A stretch of DNA of 62,076 nucleotides, filler included, from Hydrolagus affinis (GCA_012026655.1; 4 parts of 4 records of this genome joined end to end with filler, not necessarily neighbours in it); one strand, 5' to 3'; positions 1-13,281 are shown, counted from the whole stretch's first letter. Translations and numbers: made by a program. Notes: generated by a model from the sequence alone, not told the origin.

Positions 1-170
1 CCGCTCCCCATAGCCTAATAGACCTGTTCTCCCTAAATAAAGATCTAATTCCCTTTTAAAAGTTGTTATCGAATCAGCCTCCACCACCTTTTCAGGCAAT
101 GCATTCCAGATTCGAACAACTCGCTGAGTGAAAAAATTTCTCCTCAGCTCCCCTCTACTTCGCCTTGAAA
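1..170 (-). mobile_element. CR1-type LINE 3' end fragment
   Basis: Reverse complement of the CR1 3' segment also present at 11370-11500 (gttgttcgaatctggaatg...cctgaaaag-tggtggaggc...ttttaaaaggg-a-tagatctttattta). Confidence 0.7.
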
Positions 171-399
171 CAATGATGTTGTGGATGAGGTTCAGGTTTG
201 CTTTTGAGCTCTGCTATATCTTGAACAATCCTCCCACAACCTTTGGGACTCTCAATTTGGCCATCTTTGGATTCACTGGAATTTTGCTGTCCCAAATTTC
301 CAGAAGGAGATTGGCATTAGCCTCATTTGCAGAGCCACCATGTACTGTATATAGATTCACATGTTTGTCCTGAGGCTCATCTTCTCCACAGATGAACAC

Positions 400-720
400 A
401 ACCCAGAAGCCTGCATACTTTGGGTGGCTCTGTGAGTCACTCCGGTTCCACCTTGCGAAGCAAGCAATACATGGAAGGAACTTCTATTGCCCATTTCATG
501 GCTCCACAGTGGGCACATATATTTGACATATTCCCAATAGGATGGGTAGTCTCTACCTGAATCATAGTTGAGCACAACTGAATGGAGTGACCTCTGCTGC
601 TGAGCGCCATTTTCCTGTTTTCTGTCCTGCTGGGCTGTTCTTTTAGTGGGCAACTCATTTTGCTGTGATCTTGCGCTTCTTTCAGGATTGAAGTCGTGTC
701 GTGCTGATGTTTGAGCACGC
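400..720 (-). mobile_element. Degenerate Helitron-like Rep/helicase N-terminal fragment
   Basis: ORF 437-766(-) contains PIGNMSNICAHCGAMKWAIEVPSMYCLLRKV, resembling the IGxMxxxCxxCxAxxWxxExxxxCCxxGKV motif of Helitron proteins; frameshifted and truncated. Confidence 0.5.
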
Positions 721-3363
721 AATTCATTATGCCATTATTTGTATACCTTTCTGTGTCCAAGTACAACCGTGATGTTCTTTGTTTATCAGTTTCATTTACT
801 CATCCTTCTCTTTTTCACCTGGCATTTTTATTTGTCCTTGAAAAGCTTGATCTTCACTTCTTGGAAATTTTATAAAAATGTGTGATTGAACTCGTACAGA
901 CAGTATTATGTTTGATGTCATGTAATTCTCTTGTGTTACAGTAACACACATTTTTGTATTGTCTCATGAACAATTGTGGATACAATTGGCATAGTGTTTG
1001 TATGCTCATTTTTAGTTCTGGGATTTGTCAGTGAAGCCACTCATAAACTACTTTACATGCTGTAAACCCTGTGTGCACACCTTAAGAAAATCTGCTACAC
1101 ATGTAAAGCAAAAGGTGATGATCTTTTTTAGGTCATAGGTCATCAACGATAGGATATCTTCCTTAAAAAAAGTCCAAGACCTTTCCAATGAGGTACAAAA
1201 TCATGTATTTATGTCGATCTGTTATTGTGTTATTGGCAGACAGACATACAGATAGACATTCCATCTTTATTACTATAGATTTAATTTAGAAACACTTTCA
1301 GGTAAAATAACCATTTTTAAATATTGAAGCAAAAATACCACTAACTTTGATTATATAAATGTATATTGCAATAATAACTTCTTATTACCAGTTTCCCTCT
1401 GATAACACTTTATAAAACCAGTTTGTAATCACTTTAGAACGTATATAGTTCACCAATCTTCAACTGAGAATTTTAGCTTAGTCCTTTAGACATTTCTTTG
1501 GAAAATCGCTTATGTGTTTTATATTTTGGTTCAAGATTATGCACCCAATATCAATGTCAGCTTCTGCTTGAGTTGCTCTGTGTGTAGTTATTTATTATTG
1601 TTTGAATGTCATCAGGAAAACATATTTACATATAAACATATCTTATTAATCTATGGCATTTCTATGATATTAACTTCAATGTTCTTATTTAACCAATGAG
1701 GATACTGTGAAGTGCTCTGAAATGTCTGCATGATGCGATAAGGTAATAACTACATGAAATGCATGGATTATTATTCTTTATTAAATGGTTGATTGAAAAG
1801 TTGCACTGTTATATCAATTGCTTTTAAGCAGATTACATAGTTTTATTGGTACTTATGTTATAGTTTCAGCCATGTTTGTATAAAGCATTCATAGTTAGAT
1901 TTTAAGAAATTCTAAGATTTGGATTAAATCGACCCAAACTGGCTTCCCCAAAATGCTCCCGTCTGTAATTTTGTTGTTGTTCTTCTAAACATGACTTGTT
2001 TTTAAGCAATGAAGTAGCATAATAATGCCTAACCAACCAGTAATATATTCTTACACTTCTTTTATAAAAATACAGCAACAACAAGTTGCATTTATGTAGA
2101 ATATTTCAAGTCAGAGGGATATTATCCCAAGGTAATGAACCATCGAGGATTTGCAACTGTCCCAAGGTTTGGGAGGAGAAGGGGCCGATGAAAGTGTGGG
2201 GTTAAGCAACTGAAACTGTGACCAAAGTCTTGAGATGGACCTTGAATGAGTTGAGGGAAGGTACAAGGTAAATGGACTTCTGGTTGGCGTTCCAGAGAGC
2301 GGAAGCAGACAGACTGAAAGCCCCACTGCCGTTCGTGCCACAGGGAGCATAAAGCATGTCAGTACTTGCTGATCTGATGGAAGGTCAGATTATTATGGTT
2401 CAAGAAGGTTGCAGAGGTGGTGGGGATAGAGGGGTAAGACGGTGCAGCGATTTAAAATTGAAGATGAGTATCTGGAACTCCTCTGGGGGATGGGGGCCAC
2501 GTAAGGATGGGAAGAAAAGGTAAAGTCGCAAATATGTACAGTTATGTTTGAGATATGCGAGATTGACAAAGCAGGCCTGATATGATCTATATCACAGAAT
2601 GGTACCAACATACAGCAATCAGCTTCCACCTATGTTGTAGCATTCTGCTACGGTTGGTTCCTTGTATGTGGTCTGTTGTGCTGCTGCGTGCTTTCTCACG
2701 TGTACCTGGGCATACTCTGTTTTACTATCATTGCATTCAGGATTTCTCTTTTCCTTTGTGTTGGAGCCAGACAAGTTCAAATTTGTATATGTCAACATGT
2801 TACCGGCTGCTACTTGTTTGGTCTGTAAAGATAAAGGTTGAGATTTCAGTTACTAATTCATTTTGTCAGCATTTAGAAATCTCGAGTAACTATTTAAAAC
2901 TTCGCACCCTATTTCTCATCCAGTAAAGCACCACTCAATGCTAAACTCAGATTTATAAAGCCAGAGATCCCAGTCATCAGTCTCCTTTTTATGCCGTGAT
3001 AAATGCAAATAGAATTGGTATCTCTTAGTTTGTGGGCAGTGTTAATTGGCCAGTGAGAAGTGGTTATTAATCTCACTATGGACATATTCATTCAATTGGT
3101 GATCTCTCCAGTGTCACATGTTTTGCTATACTAACTGGCTCATCTGACACATGAAGAATGATTATTTGGACTATTTGTGCACTAATTTGCAAAAGAAACT
3201 GAATCCAGACAAGCGTCTGAGGAGAGGAAAAATTTTAGGAGGAGGTAAAACTGTTGCATTACACAATCAAGTTTATTCTAAAGAATAAATGTCAGTTTAA
3301 TTTTATGTAATATAGCAGGATATCATATTAGTTATAAAGGGTGTGTATCATGATTGTATGTAC

Positions 3364-6300
3364 CTTAGCACCTACTGCCATTTCCTGTGGATGTGTTTTC
3401 AAATCAGATGGGACATATCCCACCGTCGCATACATTGTTTCATGGACTTTCTGTAAAATACACGGTGAGGTTACTTGGTTGGTTCCTGGTCTTCACTGGG
3501 CTCCACTGTTGGTTAAGCAATGCAGTATCCAAATATTAATTTGGAACTTGAAACTTGGCTTGTTATATAATCTGCGGGGAGACCGGCTAAATGCAATGAA
3601 TCTGTATTGGAGACCCAGATACAGGTATCCGTTCATCTCTCACCAAACCTCGCATTCAGTTGGGCCTGAAAGGAGTCGAGGAAGAGTCTTGGACCTGTAG
3701 TTTACTGTACCTCAAAGTACAGCTAATATTTTCAGGCCCATTTTAAACACACTGCTCATGTCTGTGCATTAAACATCATATAATACAATCCCATATTTGT
3801 TTAATGTACAAATCTCAGGCTATTGAAATAGAAATAAACATCAGCAGCTACATTTCAAATACAGTATTAACATATCACTTGCATCGTTTTATGCATATTT
3901 ATGCAACAGTGCTGTATTGCACATTGTGCCATGTATTAAGCATATCGATAGCTTAGGGGGAATATATGAATGACACAGTGAAGGGGACAAGAATTGTAAG
4001 AAATAGAAGAGAATAAATGCAGCATTCGATGTTAACAATGGTAAGAATATCCAGTCCCTGTTCAAAATATTCGGACGTCATTATAGCACCAAGGATCTTA
4101 TTCAATCATAACACAGAAACATCTTCTTGAGTTAAATCTGTACTTTACCTGATCTGTACAAATGTCAGATCCATTCAGCTTCCTGTGTGATCCTGAAATG
4201 CAAGAAATTCAAAAAGTGAAATGTGTGGCCAATTTCCAAGTTGTTTATATTCCCAGGAAACAGGTGAATGAACGCAAGTGATTTGGTTGCCCAAGAGCTT
4301 TCTGGGACACTTTATCAAATATAAAACAAGGTGCAGGACAAGGGCAGCATCAATCTTCCTTTACCATTAAATGTAAAATAATTTAAAACATCATGTGTTT
4401 TTGGTGAGCCTGGTATTTGACACATGGAGAAACACCAACCTAAAATATATCCAAATTAGGCTGTGAGTTCCACTTTTGTATAATTATAATAATAATAATA
4501 ATAATCCTTGCATTTGATATAGCGCCTTTTCATGTCTTCTAGACATCTCAAAGCACTTCACATGATATACTGTAAAGTGAATTGACTGTACATTTGTGGG
4601 TGAAAAGCAGCAGTCAAATGCGCAAAGCAGTGTCCCACAAACAGTCGTTTGTGGGATTGCAGGTTGGTAAGAGGATAGGAGGTCACGGATGTAGGGTGGG
4701 GCGAGGTAGTGGAGGTCTTTAAATATGAGGACCAGGATCTTGAATTGGATCCTCTGGATGATGGGGAGTCAATGGAGTCAGGCAAGGATGGGGGAGACGG
4801 GATCACTGAGTTTGCAACGGTAGAGGCACGGGCCGCAAGTTGGTGTCGTTATTTTTATTGTGTTCATGACAGGGGCATTGATAAAAGACAATGAGAACAA
4901 CCAGAGTGTATTTTGCTCCTTCTCAGACTGAAAAACGACATGAACTGATTATAATCCCTTTCTATCTATATTTCCAACCTGATTTCCTGCTTGATGTGTC
5001 TTGATTCAATTTTTAAAATGAAACATTTTTGATGTCAGATTTTGCCAGAATATTTCTGCAATACTTACACCCACTACTATTGTAAATGCCACCAAACAAG
5101 ACATGTTTGATATAAATTCTAAAATTTCTATATGCACTTTTCTGCCAATACTTGAGATATTCGCTGTACTTCTGCTGTAAACAAACATCTAATTAAATTC
5201 ATCAGTTTAGTCTTATCTATTTCTAAATGCGATGTAAATTGCAGTAAAATAAATTGCATTGGTTTATTCTTTATCCTTTAAATCACTTCAATGGCCATGC
5301 CAACCAGGTACCTGTTAATCTACTCATTGAAGTATTAGATTAAAGTAAAAATAAAATTTAAGTCTGATTAAAACCTTAATATGTCTTACCATTCCGTTTC
5401 ATAAATCGACATGATATTCCAATGACTAAAAGCACAAGAAATGTCAATCCTGCACATCCAGTTACCTGTATTAATTTATCAGTATTATTTCCTGTAATGA
5501 CAATACAAGTGTGAAAAGGTAAAACAGGAGTACTGTATTCCATTTAGTGATGTAAGCAGAATTTACCAATGACTGTGAAAGACGCTATGCAAATCTAATT
5601 TGTTGTTGAAGATGCATAAGTAAAGAGACATAATAGTAAATAATAATAACCGTTGAATAGCATGCCTTTCACATTGGAAACATGTCTTCCAATGTTTCAC
5701 AGGATATATTGCAAAGTAGATAGTAAAAACTAGATTTGATAGAAAAATATAAATATGTTTGCATGGGAAGCCTACGAGGACATTACCTAATTTGTTGTAA
5801 TTAATACCAGGAAATATTCTTGTGAAAAAAATAAAGATTAATTGACAATTAGCGGCTTGGGACATCCTCCTGATATTAAAGGCGCTTTATAAATGTAATT
5901 TTGTTGTTGTTATTAATATTACAAGTAGACCCTGCTTAAGAAAAACAACAACTTGGATTTGTATGGAGCCCTCCATGCTGAATGGCATCTCAGAGCGCTT
6001 CCCAATAAAGGATCCCGGGGTGGGGCAAGGGGAACAAGGTGAACAAAACTGCAGTCAAAAGGAAAGGTCTGAGACCTGAAAATAGGAAAGGAGGGGGCGA
6101 GGTGAAGGGAGTGAGGGAGGGAGTTCAGAGCCTCTGGGCGTAGTGGCTGAAAGTACGGCTGCCGATGGTGGAGCAGAGGATTTGGGAGACAAGGAGGAGG
6201 CCAGACCCGGTAGAGTGAAGCTAACGGGTGCTGTTGTGAGGGGAGAGGAGGTCAGAGAGGTAGGGGGGTGCAGAGGAGTGGAGGGATTTTAGTACAAGCG

Positions 6301-9300
6301 TGAGGATCTTGAAATTGATCCTCTGCGGGACAGGGAGTCAGTGCAGTCTGGCAAGAACAGGGGTAATCGGGGAGCAGTTTTATTCGGGTGAGAATGCAGG
6401 TGACGGAGTTATGTAGGAGCTGGATTTTGTGGATTGTGACGGAGGGGAGACTGGCAAGGAGGATGTTTGAATAGTCCAGCAAAGAGGTGACAAAGGCATC
6501 GACCAGTGTTTTGGCAGCTTTTGGGGTTAGATATTGGTCGAGACGGGCGATGCATCGGAGATGGAAGACGGCAGTGCTGGTGAGCGACTGGATGCGGGGG
6601 AGGAAGGATAATTGGGGATCGAACCTGGTGAACGTTGTTTTGTTGCTTCGGTCAACATTGTTTTATTATTACGTTGCTGATACATAGGGAATATATAACT
6701 ATTTAACGATGTGACATTCGCTATTGCGTCGTTCACTAGCGGGTGGAAACGAACAGGGCAGGCAGTCAGGGAGCAAGAGAGTGAGCCGGGCAGGTAGTCA
6801 GGGAGCAAGTATAATTTTTTTTAGAACATTTTCATGAAAAATGTCCAAAATAACCTAACTCCAGTTTATACATTAATTTATATCGGAAAAACAGGTTTGC
6901 TTAATGTCGTACTTCTCGAGAACACAACTACAATGTTAAACAAGGAATAATTGTTATTATAAACGGACGGCTGGATGCATCCATGGAGTCATCTCTGAAT
7001 TACAGCACATTTCAGTGAAAATGAACAGGCAAATCTGCCCTCATCATATGATAGAAATAAAATATGGGATCTACCTCAGCTCGTAAACACACAGAAAATA
7101 TAATCAGATTGTGATAAAATATTTGGGTGAGAAACAATTAACATTAATTGTCAATAAGATTGTTGGCATCCTACCTGTGTTGGAGAACTGAACTGTGTAC
7201 AGGTAATTGGCAATTTCTGGAATCTGAAGGCTGATGTGAGAAACCTGACAGATATAAACAACCTCACTTTGGACAGTCTTGTTCTCTTCCACAAAGCTTG
7301 AAGCTTCATACAATCCCTCTGCATTTTGCTGTTTAGTGATGTTTATTCCAGATGTAATTTTGGTGCCATTTTTATACCAAGTGAGGTTAAGATCCTCTGG
7401 ATAAAATGCAGTGGTTTCACACACAAGAGTCAGAGGCGAAACTATTTTAGTAACTTTGGAGAAGATCTTCAGTGGAGTTGGAGGAACTGTAGAACAATAA
7501 CAACAAAATTACATTTGTATAGCGCCTTTCACGCCAAACAGTACAGAAGAATTGCAAAAACTTACAATCAATTGGTGGAGATTAAACTTTATTATGATTT
7601 TCATTTTATTCCGTTCAATACAGCATTTTGATTCTGGTTCATTTGCTTTGTATTTAAACAAGTCCAAGCTGGACAAAATCTTTTTCATTCTATGACTGTT
7701 TGTGGGACATTGCTGTGCACAATTGGCTGCCATGTTTTGTCCACAGATATGAGGTCAATTCACTTTATAGCATATTCTGTGAAGTGGATTAAGATGTCTG
7801 GAAGACGTGAAAAGCCAAATGCAGGGATTAGTATTTTTAAATATTTTGTTCTAACTTTGATTTGTTCGCCATTCATGACAACTATATAAGTTGTTATGGG
7901 AAAGATACTTTGTCACTACAGTTCCCCAAAAAGCAAATAAATATACAATGAAAAGCCAGCACAAAATGTCAGTGAATGTCTCAATTTTCACTAAATAAAA
8001 TATTATTTTCCATAATTCCGATTGCCTCTCCCCATTAATACAAATTTATCTTTTCAACTATCCCATAAATGGAACTGGAGTAATAAGAAAAACTTGATTG
8101 TTTTACAGTTACAGATTTAAAATCCAGAGAAGATAATAGATTTCAAGCAATATCCTGTAGATGTGATCACGGCAAAGTAGCCAATGCTGATATGCGCTAT
8201 TGGTTTCCTCCTCAGTAAGATGAAGAAATAGTTAATTACTGATATTGTATTTAACTAAGTATATCTAACAGATGACTGAAATTGATTTGAATAAAAATAT
8301 GGGCTTGAAATTGTCTAAATCTTAATTCATTTAAAAAAAATCCTTATACTGTATTTGATTGTGATTTTGAAATGCCTCAAATGCACATCACAAGTGTTTT
8401 GAATGTGCAATTTTATCTGGAGACAGATATAATTGATATGTTCTTCAGCACACCAAGAAACTCTTCTCTCTGAAAAGTGTCATTTTTTTAACATCAATCC
8501 CATTCTGCAGACTGGATATTGATCGTATCCAAATAAAGGCACTTCTGGAAATGCAAAGCTCCCCGACATTCCTGCCCAATACTCTAGCATGTGCTTCTCA
8601 AACATATGGAGATATACAACATTCAGTTATTTAGTAAAGTTTTTTTTTAAAGAGACGTTTTGATTAACCAGTGGTCTGATACGCGCAGTAGAAGAGTATC
8701 CAAAACCAAACCATGTATCCACCCACATGTGGAAATTCCCATGTATTGGAATGAAATGTGCACTGACTTTCCAAACTGACCCATCCCGCTTTTTGTAATT
8801 CCACAGAGTATTATGCAATTGCTAGCAAAACCAAAGCTTGGGGATCCCTGAGTGTTTGTTGGGTATTGTTGGAATCTAAACAGCTAAAACCCCTTATCTT
8901 GCCAACGAGAGCACTATCTCACAAGCTTTTCCCCTGTTTGTCCATTGTGGACAAGTATAAGAATTATGGGTTTGACTTGCAGGGTTAACAGAAGCTGAGT
9001 GAGAACAATCCCTGCCCCTAGAGACTCCTCTGCCTCTCCAAGTCCTGCTGATCAGCCAGGCTGGCTGGGCTGTCCTCAGAAGTGCCTTGGTTCAGGAACC
9101 AGAGAATCCCACAGCTATCCCACAGGGTTGACCTATTTCTGACATTCTATTGCAAGCATGTTACCTGGGAGATAGTTCAGTTCCAAGCAGATCCCACCTC
9201 CCCCCAGGAGGATACATTTTAAAGGACAACATTTTGAAACACCCATTTCATATTCCTAAAATAATTCAACATCTTTTATCCTTTTCTACAATTTTTGGCA

Positions 9301-9864
9301 CCATATCTAATTTGGAATATTCCATACCTACCCCACACAATCAGCTGTGATCCAGGTCCACTGGCCACTAATTTTCCCTCAATCATGAGGGCACACTGAT
9401 ACACACCAGAGTCCTGGTGACTCACATTTAGGAGCTTAAAGAAGCTGCTTTGTTTGCTGTCAAACCCAAACAGTTTTCTTTTATCCGGTTTCGTATGCAG
9501 GTATCCATTGTCTTCCTGCTTCCACCAATACACTTTTGTACGCAGGTTGGGTTGAGTGTCAGGAAACATGCAGTGAAAGGTAACGTTAGTGCCTCTAATT
9601 GCCTCCACATGGTCGGGGAGTTGGGTCACTCTGGTCATTGTACCATCAACAACTATCAGAAATAAATTCAAATGCAAATTAGAAACAGAATTTAGTACGC
9701 GAGACAAAGTAATGCGAAGAGACTTATTCTATCAATAAAATAATATCAAATTATGTCATTTATCTCACTTTTTGACAAATTGTGGTATAGAAGGAGCACA
9801 TACCTGTGAAAATTATCTGGATTAGATGTACACATAGAAACACAAAGCTCACCAACATTCTCAT
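3364..9864 (-). CDS. Non-rearranging IgSF receptor: leader - V domain with germline-joined J-like motif - C1-set domain - TM - cytoplasmic tail with candidate ITSM (VJ-C1 type)
   Basis: Phase-compatible GT-AG exons: leader 9804-9864 (MRMLVSFVFLCVHLIQIIFT); V 9332-9652 (VTQLP..HC..VYWWKQ..DSGVYQC..SGPGSQLIVW); C1 7175-7486 (LVCETTAFYPEDLNLTWYKNG..YICQVSHISL); TM 5390-5491 (GNNTDKLIQVTGCAGLTFLVLLVIGISCRFMKRN); cytoplasmic 4149-4192 (SHRKLNGSDICTDQ) and 3364-3450 (KVHETMYATVGYVPSDLKTHPQEMAVGAK). The first four exons are strongly supported; tail exons and the true 3' end are less certain. Confidence 0.85.
5935..6630 (-). mobile_element. L2-like LINE 3' fragment
   Basis: ORF 6252-6482(-) LDYSNILLASLPSVTIHKIQLLHNSVTCILTRIK resembles the L2 ORF2 C-terminus; tail with (gtt)n. 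Confidence 0.7.
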
Positions 9865-9930
9865 CGTGGATTGAGACCAAGGATGAAGCTATTATTGCTC
9901 ACTATTAAGTAATTACGGTTGTTTTAAGCA

Positions 9931-9964
9931 TTTATATATAAGGCAATGACGACTGACTTCCTGT
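9931..9964 (-). promoter_or_regulatory. Putative promoter of the VJ-C1 gene (TATA box plus ETS site)
   Basis: Minus strand reads ACAGGAAGTC (9955-9964, ETS core GGAA) then TATATAAA (9931-9938), about 70 bp upstream of the ATG at 9864. Confidence 0.5.
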
Positions 9965-10569
9965 CTCTGTAAGTTTAAACGATTGGCTCTGAGTGTTTGA
10001 TTAGATTTACAAAGACAGTTATCCACTTAAAAGTTGATTACTTTCAGTTATTTAATTGACGACAAGGTCTAAACTCCATCTGAAAGTAACACTCAAAGTT
10101 TATTTTGATGTTATTGTTTTTACACTTTTTACCAAGGGGAACTAACTTTTCAATCCAAACTCAAAGAGTTGTACTTCATGTCAATATGAATCAGGGCAAA
10201 TTTCATGTTTCTTCCAAGACCTTGCTTTTCGACCGTGTCGTCGATCGGTCACCCACCTTCCCCCACCACGTCATCCATATATCATCCCTGATCACGACCC
10301 CATCTCAGATTCCAAGCAAAGTGCCATGGGACATCTTCCCAATGCGAAAAGTGCTATACAAATGTAATTTTGTTGTTGTAAAATGATTAGTATTACATCA
10401 CAAGATCACAGAATTAATTATGTTAAAGAAGGTCTGATATCTTCTTTCCAAATCATCAACAACAATAATGACAGTAAACAACAACAAAAGACTTAACTGG
10501 CAGTTTGACTGCTTTAAACTTGCACTCCTCCCATAATAACATCAATCTTTTTTTTTAACTAATATTGGC

Positions 10570-11600
10570 TGCTTTTCAGACTGGAGGGAAGTGTGCAGTG
10601 GCGTCCCCCAGGGATCAGTTTTGGGACCACTGCTCTTTTTAATATACATTAATGATTTGGATTTGGGTTTAGGAAGTACGGTTTCCAAAGTTGCAGATGA
10701 TACTAAGTTAGCGAGAATAGTAAATAGTGAGGAGGATGGTAGCCATCTGCAAGAGGATATAGATAAAATGGTAAAGTGGGCAGACACATGGCAGATGAAG
10801 TTTAATACAGAGAAGTGTGAGGTGATACACTTTGGGAGAAGAAATGAGGGGAGCAATATAGGCTAGATAGTACAATTTTAAAGGGTGTGAAGGAATAGAG
10901 AGACGTGGGGATTTGTGTTAGTGACTCTTTGAAAATGGCAGGACAGGTAGACAAAGCCGTAAAGAAGGCATATGGGATACTAGGCTTTATAAATAGGGGT
11001 ATAGAATACAAAAGTCAGGAAGTGCTGATTAACCTTTATAAGACTTTGGTTAGGCCTCAGCTGTGTACAATTCTGGTCACCACACTTTAGGAAGGATATT
11101 AAGGCATTGGAAAGGGTGCAGAGGAGATTTACTAGGATGGTACCAGGAATGAGGGACTTCAACTATGAGGAAAGGCTAGATAGGCTAGGCTTATTCTCTC
11201 TAGAACAAAGAGATTGAGAGGAGACCTGATAGAGGTTTATAAGATTATGAGAGATTTCGACAAGGGTGAATAGGGAAAGACTGTTTCCACTGGTGGGCGA
11301 ATCAGTGACTTGTAGTCACGGATTAAAAATAGTTTCAAAATGAAGCAGAGGGGAGCTGAGGAGAAATGTTTTCACTCATCGGGTTGTTCGAATCTGGAAT
11401 GACTTGCCTGAAAAGATGGTGGAGGCAGATTACATAACAGCTTTTAAAAGGGAACTAGATCTTTATTTAGGAAGGGCGGGTCTGTTAGGTTATGGGGAGA
11501 GAGCGGGGCAGTGGGATTGAGTTGCTCTGTTTAAAGAGCCGGCACAGACTAGATGGGCCAAATGGCCTCCTTTTGTGCTATATAATTCTATGGATATCAA
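10570..11600 (+). mobile_element. CR1-type LINE reverse transcriptase 3' portion (degenerate)
   Basis: [64 protein letters not shown] and a CR1 3' UTR; frameshifted. Confidence 0.9.
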
Positions 11601-12079
11601 AAAGTTGATTTCCTGCACACAATGCCTCTGCAATCCCAAACTATGGGATGAATTACATTCCACAATCCCTTCACCTTGCTCGAATCCCTTCAAGGCTGGT
11701 CTCAAGACCCTCCTTTTCGATAGTGCATTCAGCAGTCATCCTACCTCTCTGCCCTCCCTCATCCAAACTCTGCCCCCGCAACACCCCAACCTCCAAATTT
11801 TTGGATCCCCTGACTGTTCAGTGTCTTGGGACATACTTCTGACATGAAAGGTGCTCTACTGATGTACTTTTTTGCTGTTGTTGTTACTTGTCTGTAACAA
11901 GGGATTGCAATTTCTTGACTTAAAATTGTGGGTGATGTTCAATATCATGTTCATGCTCATGCCTATTTTTGTTTTGGGAATGGCTTGGACAGGCAGTTGT
12001 CTACAACAACACAATTATATTTGTAAAGCATCCTTCACATCTACTTAAAGAGCAACTAGAATCTCATGTCTTATTGTCA

Positions 12080-12675
12080 ACAAACAACAACAACAACAAA
12101 ATTGCACTTATAAAGCACCTTTCATGTCAGGAGGACGTCCCAAGGCGCTGAACTGTCTGGTCGGGACCCGAGCGGGGTGCAGGAGGGTCGGGGGAAGGGG
12201 AAGGAGAGTGGGAGAGGGGGAAGAGTTTGTGGGGCAGCCGAAGGCGCGGTCGATGAGGAAGGTCTTGAGACCGGCCTTGAAGGAGGAAAGGGAGGAAGCG
12301 AGGCGGGGGGTACAGATGGAGTTCCACAGTGTGGGAGCAGAGAGGCTGAAAGCCCGGCCGCCGATGTTTGGGCAGTTAGGGCAGTGGATATGGAGGCCAG
12401 AGTCTGCTGAATGGAGGGTGCGCGCAGGCTGATAGGGAGACAGTAGGTCAGAGAGACAAGTGGGGGCAAGGCCGAGAATGGCCTTGAAAGTGAGGACAAG
12501 CCTCTTGAATTCTATCCTCTGGGTGACGGGGAGCCAGTGGAGATGGGCGAGGGTGGGAGTGACGTGGTCGCGAAGCCTGTTACGGGAGTGTACACGAGCT
12601 ATAGAATTTTGAATGCGCTCTGAGATGCAGTCCGGCGTGGAGGGCGCTATATAAATCAAAGTTGTTGTTGTTGAA
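12080..12675 (-). mobile_element. L2-like LINE 3' fragment
   Basis: ORF 12108-12659(-): [46 protein letters not shown], with L2-type tail and (gtt)n. Confidence 0.85.
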
Positions 12676-12799
12676 TGATCTGCAGCCTGTGAAGGGAGGA
12701 GCTGGGGAGACCGACGAGGAGAGAGTTCCCGTAGTCAACAAAGATGAAATCTAAATTGTATTTGTAAGAAATACTCAAAGTTCGTTTAAAAAACCACAA

Positions 12800-12942
12800 A
12801 TGAATTGGTGAGGCCTCAGCTGGAATACTGTGTTAAATTCTGGTCACCACACTACAGAAAGGATGTGAAGACATTGGAAAGGGTACAGAGAAGATTTACT
12901 AGGATGGTGCCAGGATTGAGGGACTTCGGCTATGAGGAGAGG
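12800..12942 (+). mobile_element. CR1-type LINE fragment truncated by the assembly gap
   Basis: [45 protein letters not shown]. Confidence 0.85.
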
Positions 12943-13042
12943 NNNNNNNNNNNNNNNNNNNNNNNNNNNNNNNNNNNNNNNNNNNNTTAATTAATTAANN
13001 NNNNNNNNNNNNNNNNNNNNNNNNNNNNNNNNNNNNNNNNNN
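12943..13042. other. Artificial 100-nt assembly spacer
   Basis: 44 N + TTAATTAATTAA (stops in all six frames) + 44 N. Confidence 0.95.
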
Positions 13043-13281
13043 ACATCTTGTTCTGTGACAGTGCTCATTCCCCCCCAAACTGAAGCTCTCTATCCTAACC
13101 TCAATCCCATTTCTCCCTCTATCTCCCTCTATCGCCCCTATCGTGTGCATGGTGGTGCTCGCTGCCCTATTCAAGCGCTCTCTGTTCTACCCCATCCACG
13201 GCCAATAACTAATTAAGATGAAAGTGATTCAGATTTGATGATCTCTTTTTGCTCTTGTTGAAAATCTTCAATGTTTCAGAA

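Noticed and set aside
5006-5188. Hydrophobic ORF as a second TM exon of the VJ-C1 gene
   Set aside because: The hydrophobic frame is out of phase with the flanking exons; the phase-compatible frame stops after 15 codons. The exon at 5390-5491 fits cleanly.
12969-12998. TTAATTAATTAA (12987-12998) as a palindromic regulatory or repeat element
   Set aside because: Centred in N runs and identical at all three gaps; an assembly artefact.
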